NCBI RefSeq assembly: GCF_001194135.2
Contig: NC_068995.1
Location: 56,256,153-56,320,152 of the forward strand
Source: Octopus bimaculoides
Lineage: Eukaryota
DNA length: 64,000 bases
Direction: 5' to 3'
The stretch's first letter is position 1. Each line of letters begins with the position of its first letter. Positions 15,302 to 28,491 of this stretch are shown one piece after another. The translations under genes were made by a program, and so were the position numbers. The notes beneath the pieces were generated by a model. The model was given only the letters and a program-made list of their open reading frames with translations, made no database searches and was not told the origin of the DNA.

Positions 15302-15371
15302 GTTCAACGAGATGTTGTCCGTTCTAAATATAATGCCTTGGTGAAAGTCAGTAATCTCAGAAATCAAACAT
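15302..15371 (-). CDS. Candidate 70-nt exon of an unidentified gene
   Basis: Long polypyrimidine tract and ttttcaag| acceptor, |gtaagt donor. Only one frame is open (phase 2 to 0): CLISEITDFHQGIIFRTDNISLN. No homology recognised. Confidence 0.35.
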
Positions 15372-17446
15372 CTTGAAAATAAAAGAAAAATATAACGAAA
15401 AAAAAAAAGGAAAGGAAAAAAAGAAATTCTTAACTAACTACCTATTTTAGTAATCTGTTACTGCTGCTGCTACGAGCTGTCTGGAGATTTGTCAAATGTA
15501 ATATCACTTGAGAATGGATAAGGCAGCTTCTTCTTCTGCAAGCTGAAACTAGATGCTAAATGCAGTAATTGCCAGAAGCTGCACTACTTGCATGTAAATG
15601 TATGCCAACAACTTTCTTGTGGCTATCAGAGAATATTAAGATACCAAAGCAGCATTTTACTTTCTCATTTCATTTTCATTTCTCTCTCTCTCTGCCAGTC
15701 TCCCCCACCACTCTCTTTTTTACTGACTGTCTCTTCCTCTTTCTCTTTCATATCTCTACATAATGATAGTTAAGGTATCAGCAAGCTAGTAGTGCCGATG
15801 GATAACCTAACCATTTTCCAAATTATTCTTCACTTATGGACATATACAGCTACAATTCTAGGAGAGCATTGTGTAGTTATTGAGATACCACAGTTCTGAT
15901 AATGGTAATTATATCAAAGAATGACAAGGATTATTTTAGCTGTGTTTTATGTCCTACCACTTCAGATTGCTATCTGGACACATACTATAAATGTGGGACA
16001 GAGAAAATAATTGTTCTTGTACTCACTGAACTTCCAATTAATAAAGGTAAGGAATTCCACAAAGAGAGAAGAATGTGCTAGCATGGGAACTTCTGTGCAG
16101 ACATTGCTCTGTTAAAAATAACAACCAAATTCTTTCAAAATGCATCATATTGTCTTAAAAAATGATGGAGACTTTGGTGAATATTCTTTTTCTTTCTTTT
16201 CTTGAGTCCAATGACTAACAAGGTTGGAGCTTCACTCAGTTGCCATAACATATAAATGACTGACGTTAAAATACTCCCCCACTCTGGACAGGATGATGGT
16301 TAACTTTACAGCTATTGTTGGAGCTCATTTACAGCTGAGCAGACTGAAGCAACATGAAATAAATTGCTTTGTTCAAGAATGCAATGCATCATAGTCCAGA
16401 ACGTTAAGTAATTCATGTTTACAGGAGATGTGGCTTTGGGACCAACAGATAACCTTTAACTTTTCCAATCCAAAGGGTTCTTAACCCAATATTTACATTG
16501 TATTTACAGAAATGGTAAATGGTTTTCAGCACAAAAGAGATCAGCCTAAATTTGCTTAAATAATATTTGAGATGCCTTATCTTTACTATGTATAGAAGTA
16601 GATGTGTAACGTAAAATTAATTTTGAGGATCTGATCAAAGACTTTGCAATTAAATAAAAGGAGAAAAATTTTCAAATATAAAATGGAAGTATACAAGAAT
16701 AAACGTTATTTTCCATCTTTTGTTTCATTTTGAATTACCATCCAGCCATAGAAACCATGACAAATCAGACTGGAGTCTGGTGCAGCTGGTCAAATGATCC
16801 AACTCATGCCAACATGGACGATGGATGTTAAATGATGATGATGGTGATGATGATGATGATGGGGGCACCAAAACCATGTAAGTGCTTAGGGTCTCTATGG
16901 GTCTTAATCTGGCCCTGCTTGACACAGACTTTTTAAAGAATGCAAAAAGAAAATTAAAAAAAAACAAACTTATAGGATGATTAAAGAAAAAAAAAGTTAT
17001 AATGAGACTAACATTGTAAGAAGGGTTGCTAATCCCCAAAGTATATTCCCCAAACACTAAGAGCATACTATAAACATCTATAAGCATTTGAAAGCAGAAA
17101 CAGAAGTATTAAAAAATGAACTGAGATGATAGGCGGATGTATAGCATGCAATAAAATCATGAACATTCAGTCTGGTGGGAAAGAAAGTAGAAATAAGTTA
17201 TGAAATTATTCAACAGAATTATTATTGGTCGAACAAACCAGCTCCATAGAAGATGATGCATGAGTATTGGGACTGTAACTGGAAACGGTTATTCTGTTTT
17301 GGTTTCCATTTAACTACAAGTTCATACACACACACACACATGTATGTATATGTATATACACACACAAATACACCCACATATATACACAAATATCTACACT
17401 CATATTCACATATATTTATATCATCATTGTTGTTGTTTAATGTCTG

Positions 17447-17485
<39 letters not shown>

Positions 17486-17525
17486 TACATACACAAATCA
17501 TATACAAATCCAAGTGTGTATACAT

Positions 17526-17574
<49 letters not shown>

Positions 17575-17995
17575 CACACACACATATATGTATACCTATG
17601 AATTGTGTGTATATGTATTCATATATGCACTCACATACATACACACATCTCTCTCCCCCCTCTCTCTCTCTATATATATATATGCATCCACACAAATTTA
17701 TTTTAAGTGCTGTTTCTCTGATTTATTTATTTTTGGAGGGGTATCTTTCAAGTGCATTTAATTGAAGCCATGCATTTTTTTTATCAGAGCTAAGTATAAC
17801 TTGACTGAATCAGGTTTATATTGAGTAAAGCAGAGGACTTGTGAACACATGCATTTGCACACACATGAACGTGCATACATAAATACACACACACACGCAT
17901 TTTNNNNNNNNNNNNNNNNNNNNNNNNNNNNNNNNNNNNNNNNNNNNNNNNNNNNNNNNNNNNNNNNNNNNNNNNNNNNNNNNNNNNNNNNNNNN

Positions 17996-18027
<32 letters not shown>

Positions 18028-18479
18028 CACATATAAATATTCTCCATAGATTATGTATACTTCTAATGAAGAGAATCACAACTGCATGAAGATCTAGTTC
18101 TTCCCTAACATACACCTTGCTCTGAATAACCTTCAGTACTGATTTGAATAACCTCCCATCTGCTCTGAATAACCTTTAATAACTGCCTCCCTCAATGTTC
18201 AACAGAGAAACTAATATACTTAAAAGATTTTTAAACATGAAAGTGGGACCAGCCGTAACTTATCTTTATCTTTTTTCTAATATTTAAATAGATGTAAGTT
18301 AACTAATTATCTCAGTTGCAATGTATTCAATGTGTAGCAGTTACGGAAGGTTCGGAACTACTCCTTTAGGCATAGACATGTTAGGCTGTATGATGTACAA
18401 GTGTGGTAGAGGCTATACATGGAAAACATCTAAGCATCAAATCACATACATATACGTACATGTCTGTTTGAGTAAACAT

Positions 18480-18523
<44 letters not shown>

Positions 18524-19170
18524 CATATATATGTATATATTTATGTATAAATATATATGTATATGTGAGANNNNNNNNNNNNNNNNNNNNNNNNNNNNNN
18601 NNNNNNNNNNNNNNNNNNNNNNNNNNNNNNNNNNNNNNNNNNNNNNNNNNNNNNNNNNNNNNNNNNNNNNNNNNNNNNNNNNNNNNNNNNNNNNNNNNNN
18701 NNNNNNNNNNNNNNNNNNNNNNNNNNNNNNNNNNNNNNNNNNNNNNNNNNNNNNNNNNNNNNNNNNNNNNNNNNNNNNNNNNNNNNNNNNNNNNNNNNNN
18801 NNNNNNNNNNNNNNNNNNNNNNNNATATATATAATGGTTGTTTGTATGTTGAGTTATAATAAAAACAATTTTACATAAAACTGGAGAATTAGTCAATAGA
18901 TTCTACAGATTACATATTTATCATTCTTTTACAAGAATAGAGTTGAAGGCAAAGCTGGCTGAAACTTTGAAGTCACTGTCAACAGTCTGACTCAGCTCCA
19001 TGCAACTACAAGTTTCATTGGCCCCTAGAAAAAGCTTGTCTCATCAGGCATCTAGACAGAGAGCCTGATGAAATAGGTTCATTCTATAAGCCTTTGAGAC
19101 TGTTATTAAATAACATACATGACTCCTACCAAATAAGTTGAGAGCCTCTTTCTTTTATTTGTTCACTCAC

Positions 19171-19210
<40 letters not shown>

Positions 19211-19235
19211 AATTGCAAAGTTTATATTATCAGTC

Positions 19236-19643
19236 CCTGCATACATTTCACCATGGTTGTTTGGAACCCTGCACTGGATGTTCCAAGTGCATTTGGAAGC
19301 TCAGCCAGAATGGCTCATCAGGGAACATTTTATTGCATTAAGCTACAGAGAGCTGATGTCGAGTTGGGTTGACGCTAAGGTATTTTATATGTATTTCGGT
19401 AAGGAAATAGAAAGAAAGCAAGTGGCAGGGAAAGAAAAAAAGGCGGACTAAGAAACAACAGAGAGGGAGAGTGAAAGAGAGGCAGAGAATAAAGTGAGAA
19501 ACGCCCCTCCCCCCACACTTACCATTAGTTCTCTGTGAATGAATGCAATGAGGTGTTTCCCTGATAATCTGTCCTGGTGAAGAATACAAATGTACTTGGA
19601 GCATCCAATGCAGGCTTCCAAGCAACTACAAGGGTGAAACATA
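19236..19643. repeat. Diverged inverted repeat with arms of about 115 nt (19236-19355 and 19523-19643)
   Basis: ttggaaccctgcactggatgttccaagtgcattt...atcagggaacattttattgcatt...acagagagctgatg versus minus-strand ttggaagcctgcattggatgctccaagtacattt...atcagggaaacacctcattgcatt...acagagaactaatg. Confidence 0.75.
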
Positions 19644-20074
19644 CTTAAGAATTAATAAGATAAACATGTGTTTATTGTAATTTCACCTACATTTACCTGG
19701 AATTTCATAATTAGTAATACTGCTAAGTAAAGTAGTTGCTTAATTACTCTACCAGAAGCAGGCTGGAACATGGTAAGCTATGGGAGGCTCTAAACTTAAC
19801 ACTAATGGTCGTACATTTATTTGTACACGCAAGATTTATATATTCTTTGATGTGTTTCAGTCATTTGACCAAGGCCATGCTGGAGCAGCACCTTTAGTCG
19901 AGCAAATCGACCCCAGGACTTATTCTTTGTAAGCCTAGTACTTATTCTATCAGTCTCTTTTGCTGAACTGCTAAGTTACAGGTATGTAAAAACACCAACA
20001 TTGGCTAACAACTGGTGCTGGTGTGTTTACATCAATGTAACTTAGCAGTTCAGTAAAAGAGACTGATAGAACAA

Positions 20075-20113
<39 letters not shown>

Positions 20114-20114
<1 letters not shown>

Positions 20115-20337
20115 TTTATTTAAAAGCAGCAGAAATATCACAAAGACTGTTATCAGAGTTTCACGTTCCCATTTGTTGGACAGTTTTGTTAGAAAACTGT
20201 CCGATGAACGGGAATGTGAAACTCCGAGTAACAGTTTTTGTGATATATCTGCTGCTTTTAAATAAAGCATATTACTCTACCTCTGGTAATTGAGTACTCT
20301 TTTATTCCACCATGTTTCACATTTATGTTCTTACTCC

Positions 20338-20340
<3 letters not shown>
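20114..20340. mobile_element. Family B repeat as a near-perfect head-to-head palindrome, bounded by (TA)n on both sides
   Basis: 20114-20187 is the reverse complement of 20193-20267, with a 5-nt spacer (gttag). The plus copy continues to ...ttactccggt and then (TA)n. Confidence 0.82.
20193..20238 (+). ncRNA. Type I hammerhead-like motif (family B) with variant CCGAUGA core
   Basis: AAAACUGU-CCGAUGA-ACG[GGAA]UGU-GAAA-CUC-C-GAG-UA-ACAGUUUU. 8-bp stem I, 3-bp stem II, helix III ACUC/GAGU with a 1-nt loop. Predicted cleavage after GUA at 20230. Confidence 0.68.
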
Positions 20341-20374
<34 letters not shown>

Positions 20375-21310
20375 CCACATACATATAATACAAAGAGAGA
20401 ATGAAAGATAGGGAGTAAAAGAGAGGCATATAATAACGCAGAGAAGACATAAATGAAAATGTCATAAATTATTTGTTGTACAATTACAATCAAGGTGTTG
20501 CCAATAATGCATTAGATACCTTTATCTTGCTGAGATTCAGAATAGTAAAAAAAAATTGTGTCACAGCAAAAAAATATGGTTATTCTTGAAAAGAAAATGC
20601 TGCAGAAAGAAAATGCTGTTTATGAAAGTTTTCTTTGTAATGAAAGAAATATACAAAATTCTGGGATTCTTTTAGCTTCCAACATAAAAAAGAGAGAGAG
20701 AGAGAAAAGGAAAGAAAGGGATTTAGAAGAACTATAAAGAATGGTTTTGAAAACTTCAAGGGTAAGGAACAGGGTACCCTGAAGGAAATATAAAGGAGTT
20801 CTTTTGATAATTAATAAAGAATGACATGAAAGAGTGATGGTTCTGAAGTTAGGGAAAAGCAAATATTTCTTTGGTTTTAGACTGTAAAATATTATATAAG
20901 AAAATATCCAAATGTTGATGAATATAATACATTTTAGTGAAGACAAGAATTTTACTTTGGAAAATTGTAGAAATACCTGTGCTAAAAATTGAGAAGAAAA
21001 TACTCCAAGAATGTTGACAAGAAATGAAATATACACACACACACACACACACAAACACACACGCACACATACACACACACACACACACACATATACACAG
21101 GCAGACAGACAGATAAAGCACACACACACAATTTGCAGCCATAGTATAAGTCAGAAGAATAGCAGTTTAATTCTGATTTTAAAACTTATTATAAAAATAA
21201 TTCAGAAAATAGAAGGTTAATAACGATTTAAAATTTTGGTACAAGGTTAGCAATTTTATGAGAGGAAGTAAGATGGTTACACCAACCTAAGCACTCAGTA
21301 GGTACTACTA

Positions 21311-21650
21311 TACCTGGCATTTGTTAACTTGGAAAAGGCTTTGATAGGGTACCATGTTCTGTAAGCTGATGGTTTCTCAGTGTATTACAAAAAGATGTAT
21401 AACTTTTGAGAGACCTAGAAGCCATGTACAGAGATACTGTCAGAGATTTAGTGTCTAAGAGAGCATCCATTGAGATTCAGTTCTCAGTCTTTACTTGTTT
21501 ATCGTAATTATCCGGGCAATAGCAGAGAAATTTAAGACCAACTGTCTCCTGAAAATTCTTTGCATCAATTGCCAAGGTCTCATAGCTGACTGTTTCAAAG
21601 AACTGGAGGACTTTGAAATGTGGAAGCAAACCTAAAAATCAAGTAGTCTC
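21311..21650 (+). pseudogene. Decayed RTE LINE reverse transcriptase fragment
   Basis: YLAFVNLEK(AFDRVP) with frameshift, then AMYRD, then SIH*DSVLSLYLFIVIIRAIAEKFKTNC...EMWKQ. Colinear with the intact RT at 63.6 kb but with stops and frameshifts. Confidence 0.8.
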
Positions 21651-22927
21651 AAAGCTGGAGAGAAGCATAAAAGATAGCCTAGAGATGAGAAGAGTGAAGA
21701 AAAGTCATGGATGACTTATAAGCAGTGTTCAGGGTGACGAGTCTTTTGCCAGACACTAATGGTTCAGTTATTGCTTTCCTTTGGAATTGCTTACGAGGAG
21801 CGAATGTGCGTTGTTTGAAAACATCCTGTATTGTTAAGAAAAATTAGATTGGGGAGACAGCATATCAAAGTGAGAACAGTGGGAATGGCATGCTGGAGAG
21901 AGAGGTTCTAAGGAAATAATGGTTGGTTCTTTAGATAATATGCTAAGAGGAGGTATTTTGCAAGAGTTTGTTCTTGGTAAGCACAACGTTTCTGATTGCA
22001 TTTGATTTGTTTATTGGAAAGAGAGAGAAAGAGAGAATGCAGGAGCAAGAGTGGGAGAGAGAGATAGACAGAGAGAGAGAGAGAAGGAAAGAGAGGAAGC
22101 AAGAGAGAGTTTGAGAAAGGATATATATATATAAAACCTTTCCTGTCTCTCTCATAAAGATATATATGTGCATGCATATAAATATATATATTTATATATA
22201 TACATACATACATACATATATATATATATAAATATAGAAAGAGAGAGAGAGAGAGAGAGGGGGAAGAATGAAGAATCATACAGAAACAAACAAGGAAGTA
22301 AATAAATAAAAGTAAGTGCCGACATGACAGCATGGTAATGAAGTATATTGCCAAGCAATATCATAAAATGGCGGAAAGAAGGGTTAAAATGTTAGAATAT
22401 GGCACCCCATAAACACATGAGTCATGAGAGCATAGTGTAACTGCTGAAGTCTTCTTCTAGTGGAAGATAAAAAGAAAGAAAAAAAACAAGAAGAAGAAAA
22501 GTAAAAAATCAATGACTATTCAGATTGATAAAAAAAAATCTTAATTTTTTGTACTTTTTCCTTGTTGTGAATAGGTGTCATGGTATTATGATAATTTCTA
22601 AGTGATCATAGAATATAACTGTGACTTAGAACACTAGTTTCTGTTCCCAGTTCAAAGTGCAAAAAGTCCCCAGGGAAAAGCGCATAAACAGCACTTTTTG
22701 TTTTTATTTTTCCTGGTCTGATGGATCAGAAAATGGCTGACGTAAAAAGATGTCATTATTTTGGTTCTATTTTCTTTTTTTTTTCTCACATGAGGGGTAA
22801 GTCTTCAAAAGTGCAGAGTGATTGGTTACAGCCTCAACAAAGAATGTCAGCACCATTCACCAGAAGAGTGCAGAGAATGTCAACATTCCCATTCTTCATC
22901 TATCCATCTATCTGTCTGTCTGTCTAT

Positions 22928-22970
<43 letters not shown>

Positions 22971-22980
22971 NNNNNNNNNN

Positions 22981-23028
<48 letters not shown>

Positions 23029-23084
23029 CCTATATGAATATATTATGTATACAAATATATGCCTGTGTAAATAATATATATGTA

Positions 23085-23250
23085 GGAGCAGGTGTGTGGC
23101 TGTGTAGTAAGAAGCTTGCTTCCCAACCACATGGTTCCAGGTTCAGTCCCACTGTGTGGCACCTTGGGCAAGTGTCTTCAACTATAACCTCAGGCCGACC
23201 CAAGCATTGTGAGAGGATTTGGTAGATGGAAACTTAAAGAAGCCTGTCGT
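23085..23250 (+). mobile_element. tRNA-derived SINE family 1, near full length
   Basis: gtgtggctgtgtagtaagaagcttgcttcccaaccacatggttccaggttcagtcccactgtgtggcaccttgggcaagtgtc...aaagaagcctgtcg followed by a TA/TG tail. Further copies at about 23925-24075(-), 24170-24310(-), 31955-32105(+), 34121-34270(-), 34490-34626(-), 37700-37845(-), 40260-40400(-), 40500-40660(+), 52390-52550(-), 58982-59185(+), 60475-60625(+), 63435-63597(+). Confidence 0.82.
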
Positions 23251-23634
23251 GTGTGTATATATATATATATATAGAGAGAGAGATAAACAGACAGATCTTT
23301 GTTGTCATTTTAACATCCAGTTGTCAATGCTTGCATGAGTCAAACATGTTTCAATGACACAAATTTTCTACAGCTGGATGCCCTTCCTGTCACTAACCAT
23401 CACCTGTTTCCAAGCAAAGCAAAATTTCTCCATGGCTTGACTCTTTTTTTTTTTTTTGCACAGAAGATTGGAAATGAATGGGGCTGAAAATTTGGAAAAT
23501 AATTTTTTAACCTAATTTTTCACAAGAACGGGTTCGTTATACATGTTAAAATAGAGAATACATATACATACATGTGATTCATATAGATACATATGCATAC
23601 ACACACATATATATATACATATGCATACACACAC

Positions 23635-23669
<35 letters not shown>

Positions 23670-24900
23670 GAATAACAGTCTTCCTTGAAATCACCCTTGT
23701 CCACATTGTGATTTCTTAGCTAGATCACATGTTGGTTTAACACATCATGATCATACCCAGATTGCATTTGGTGGTCTGAGGACTCACATGAGGAGTCAAC
23801 CAGGTGGAGTGAATGAATTGTAAACATTGGTGAATGGTAGTCAGAGTAATGTGAATGTGTTGCTGATTGTCATATGCAGTCTTCAATGAGAGGGTCTGTT
23901 GTACACACACACACACACAATGGGGTCTTTCAGTTTCCATTTACCAAATTCACTTACAAGACTTTGGTTAACCCAGGCACTACATAGTAGAAGATACTTT
24001 TCCAAGGTACCATTCAGAGGGGAAGAACTTGAAACTGTGTGGTTATGAAGCAAGCTTCATACAACCATGCTTGTGCCTACAGATATATATATGTATGTTT
24101 ATGCATATATTTGTATGTATATTACATATGTGTAAGTGTATGTATGCATGTGTATGTACACACATGATGGGCTTCCTTCAGTTTCCATCTTTCAGTCTAC
24201 CATATTCATTCACAAAGCATTGATTAGCCTTGGGCTATGTTAGTAGAGAATTGCTTAAGGAACCTGAAGATGTGGCTGCAAAGCAAACTTCTTGACCAAA
24301 CAGCCATTCCTGTGCACACACACACACTAGCCTGTGTATATACTCACACAAACCTCTTCCAAGAACCACAAAGAAACAAAAATCAAAAACAACATGGCGA
24401 CCATGTTGATTCATTTGGCATAGGAAGAAAACATTTACAAACTGACAAATTTACCTTTTCTGCTAAATTAATTGTAGTTTATATTCTTGTGACAATTAAG
24501 TAATATATTGGAAGGGATATCAAGGAAACAAACAGATGTAAACATATAATAAAATAAATAAAAAAAAACAAAACAATGCAAGTGTAAATATCATGAATCA
24601 AAGGATATTTATCAACAATCAATGGTTCCACTATTAGCTATGGAGGGACAGTTATCATGTGAGAAAGACAAATAACAAAACCCAATTAAGATTTTGAGAT
24701 AAAATAACAAAAATGTCCAGAAACAGCCAATTGAGAATACTTGAATACGAGCTAATAACCCTCAACACAAGAGTTAAAAGCTAAAAATGAGAAAACTCCG
24801 GCATCAGACGATGGGAAGAAAGGAAAATAATCGATCATAAATTTGGACATAATCACAAAGCCTCCTACAGAGACATGATATGACAGTCAATTGATGTTTG

Positions 24901-24934
<34 letters not shown>

Positions 24935-25290
24935 GAGAGGGAGAGAGAGAGAGAGGTGCTTTCTTATTGGTGTGGGGAGGAGGAAAGATGTAGGTGGTAA
25001 TGTTTCATAGCAAAAAAAGAAAAGAAAAAAAAAACAAGAGTGAGACTGTATGTTAAATGAGTTACAATACTACACAAAATCAGAGAAAAAAAAATGAGAA
25101 TCTCACAATGCTAATTGTCATACACATACAAAATAATAACAATAATAATGATAATAATAATAATAATAACAACAAAACAACACCAACGAACTCAAGGTGC
25201 ACAATTATAGCACAAATCCTGTTCACTGAACTACATTCTTCCCTCAAAACATGGCAGTTATCAACCATCCTTGTCATAATGCCCATTTGA

Positions 25291-25640
<350 letters not shown>

Positions 25641-25641
25641 A

Positions 25642-25900
25642 AAAGAGAAAGAAGAAAAACTGAACAGTTGTGATAATTTGAAGTGGGAAATATGGAGGTC
25701 GTGGGCAATGAAGAGAGGTGGGGGTGTTACCAATAGTGATCGGTGCCCTTGGAAGTATCAGCACTCAACTACCAACATGGTTCAAAAAGATTGGTACAAA
25801 TGTAAAGATAGAACACCTGCAAAAATCACCAATGCTTGGAACTGCAATAGTTTCACTACATGGTTCTTGAAGCATGATCACCTTTGTCTGCTGGCTTTGG
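25642..25900 (+). mobile_element. C-terminal restriction-like endonuclease (REL) fragment of an R4/Dong-like LINE
   Basis: EKLNSCDNLKWEIWRSWAMK, then after a frameshift PIVIGALGSISTQLPTWFKKIGTNVKIEHLQKSPMLGTA. PIVIGALG and LQK..xLGTA are typical of REL LINE C-termini. Begins at an (AAT)n tract. Confidence 0.72.
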
Positions 25901-26374
25901 ACAACTGACGCTTTCCATCATGACCAGCAAAAATAAGCTGAAAGTTTTAATCAAATAACGAAAGAAATAGACACAGTGATCAGATATTCATGTTTGAGTC
26001 TACAAAGCCATATTAAGACAGAATAGGCACTTACACATTTTTACTATTTGAAACGAATAACTAAATTATTATTATTCAATTAATAAGGAAAAAATTCAGA
26101 TCCATAAATTGTTCTTGCCTGAGATTCACACAAAAGTTAAATACAAGTGTCCTGTCATACAACAAGCAGTGGCTCTAAATCCCCCGTCTTCTGCTAAAAC
26201 ATATCCAGCCAGGGAGAAAACGTTACTTTGCTTGGAAGGAGGTGAGAGTTGATGACAGGAATGGCATACAACCACAGAAAACCAGCCTAAAAGAGCACTA
26301 AACATACACACAGACACATATATGTATGTCTATATATATATATATATATAGATATATGTATACATACATATATC

Positions 26375-26406
<32 letters not shown>

Positions 26407-28438
26407 TATATACATATATATATACACACACAAATATATACATATATAAACATATACACACACGCGTGTGTGTATGTATGTGTATGTATGTATATATATA
26501 TATTTACACACACATATATATGTATACATATATATATTTACACACACACATATGTATATATNNNNNNNNNNNNNNNNNNNNNNNNNNNNNNNNNNNNNNN
26601 NNNNNNNNNNNNNNNNNNNNNNNNNNNNNNNNNNNNNNNNNNNNNNNNNNNNNNNNNNNNNNNNNNNNNNNNNNNNNNNNNNNNNNNNNNNNNNNNNNNN
26701 NNNNNNNNNNNNNNNNNNNNNNNNNNNNNNNNNNNNNNNNNNNNNNNNNNNNNNNNNNNNNNNNNNNNNNNNNNNNNNNNNNNNNNNNNNNNNNNNNNNN
26801 NNNNNNNNNNNNNNNNNNNNNNNNNNNNNNNNNNNNNNNNNNNNNNNNNNNNNNNNNNNNNNNNNNNNNNNNNNNNNNNNNNNNNNNNNNNNNNNNNNNN
26901 NNNNNNNNNNNCCTATGCATTATACAACAGTCTTCCATTAACTCAAAACACAATTCATGTACACCCATCCACTTAAGTTATAACGGTAATCCAAATCCTA
27001 CTGTTATTATTAGTATTCATGTGAATGTTAGCCATTCACTCATTCATACTTGGGCACTTGTTTCAACTTATCCACAACCCTGAAGATAGCTACAAGTGTG
27101 GCTGAAAGCCCACCGAACCTCATGTTTACTCTTAGCCTTGGAAACATTTAGATATTTCCTTCCTATATAAATCAGAGAGAGACAACATGGCCATTAGAAA
27201 GCATAAATGGCTTAACAGTAAATCAGTTAACTGACTTTCCAGCGATTCATTCAGTCAACCAAAAATACATAAATGTGTACCCGTGTGTGTGTGTTTGTGT
27301 GTATATAAAGTGTTTGTGTATGATGGGAATGGTGTGTGTGAGCATGTTTGTGTCATGTTTATGTCTGTACACACACACACACACAGATAGATATACATAC
27401 ATACACACACATATGTATATGTATGTGTGTATATATGCATATATATATATACACATATACACACAATATATATCTATCTATATATGTATTCATATCTATC
27501 TATCTATCTATGTGTGTGTGTGTATAAAGAGAGAGAGAGTGCGGGGGGAGATAGATACATAGATATATACAGATATATTTATAAACATAAACAAACACAC
27601 ATGTGTATATATAAACACATATACAAACACCCATGTATGTATGTATGTGTGTGTGTGTGTGAGTGAGTGTGTGTGTGTGTGGATTCAAGTGAGAGTGTAA
27701 GAAGAATTCCCTCATCTTATTTTGAGGAACATCATTTCAACTCATTGGTTATCTGACATTCCTCAAGAGAGGCGGAACACGGTCTGTCTTCTTCACTCAT
27801 TTCTTTTACATTCTTCTTTTCTTGCAAAGCTCTTTTCATATTGGAGGCTAACAACTATCTCTTTCTCTTCTGTACTCTCCCATCAAGGAAACAGTAAAAG
27901 AAGAAGAGTCGGGGGGGGGGGGAATATAAACAAACAATATTTTGAAGTTCATGTTGATAACCAACTAAAACGGTGGTTAGTAAAATTATTGATTTTTGAC
28001 TTGTTTCTTTCTCTTTCGCTGGACTTCATGAAATTTGTTTTTATTGTTTACCCATAATGGTAGATTGTGTACACAACTGCAAACATTCCTATCCCAATTT
28101 TTAAGCAAGTTATATGTAAATTAGAAATAGATATAGCAACATTCTTCTTTTTTTTCTTCCTTCCTTTCTTGCCCAAACAATGCTTTAGAAGTGTGTGTAC
28201 TGGGGGTGCAAGTGTCTAGGATTATATATAAATATATTTCTATGAATGTATACAGATATATATATGTGAGTGTATTTACTTATGTATATACTATAGGTCT
28301 GTGTGTGTGTGTGCCTGTATATATACATATGTATGTATGTGAGTGTATGTATGTATGCATTTATATATATATATATATATTTGTCTACATATGCATGCAA
28401 ATTCAGCTGTTTCTCAAACACACCACACAACCACCTGT

Positions 28439-28491
<53 letters not shown>

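Noticed and set aside
17222-18896. Many long ORFs rich in Y/I/H/T/C/V or X (also about 26.3-28.7 kb, 32.6-33.0 kb, 36.2-37.4 kb, 42.0-42.7 kb, 54.4-55.0 kb)
   Set aside because: They are translations of (TA)n/(CA)n/(GA)n microsatellites or run through N gaps.
19040-19110. tcatcaggc...gcctgatga mini-palindrome containing CUGAUGA
   Set aside because: No GAAA after a stem II and no stem I closure, so not a hammerhead.
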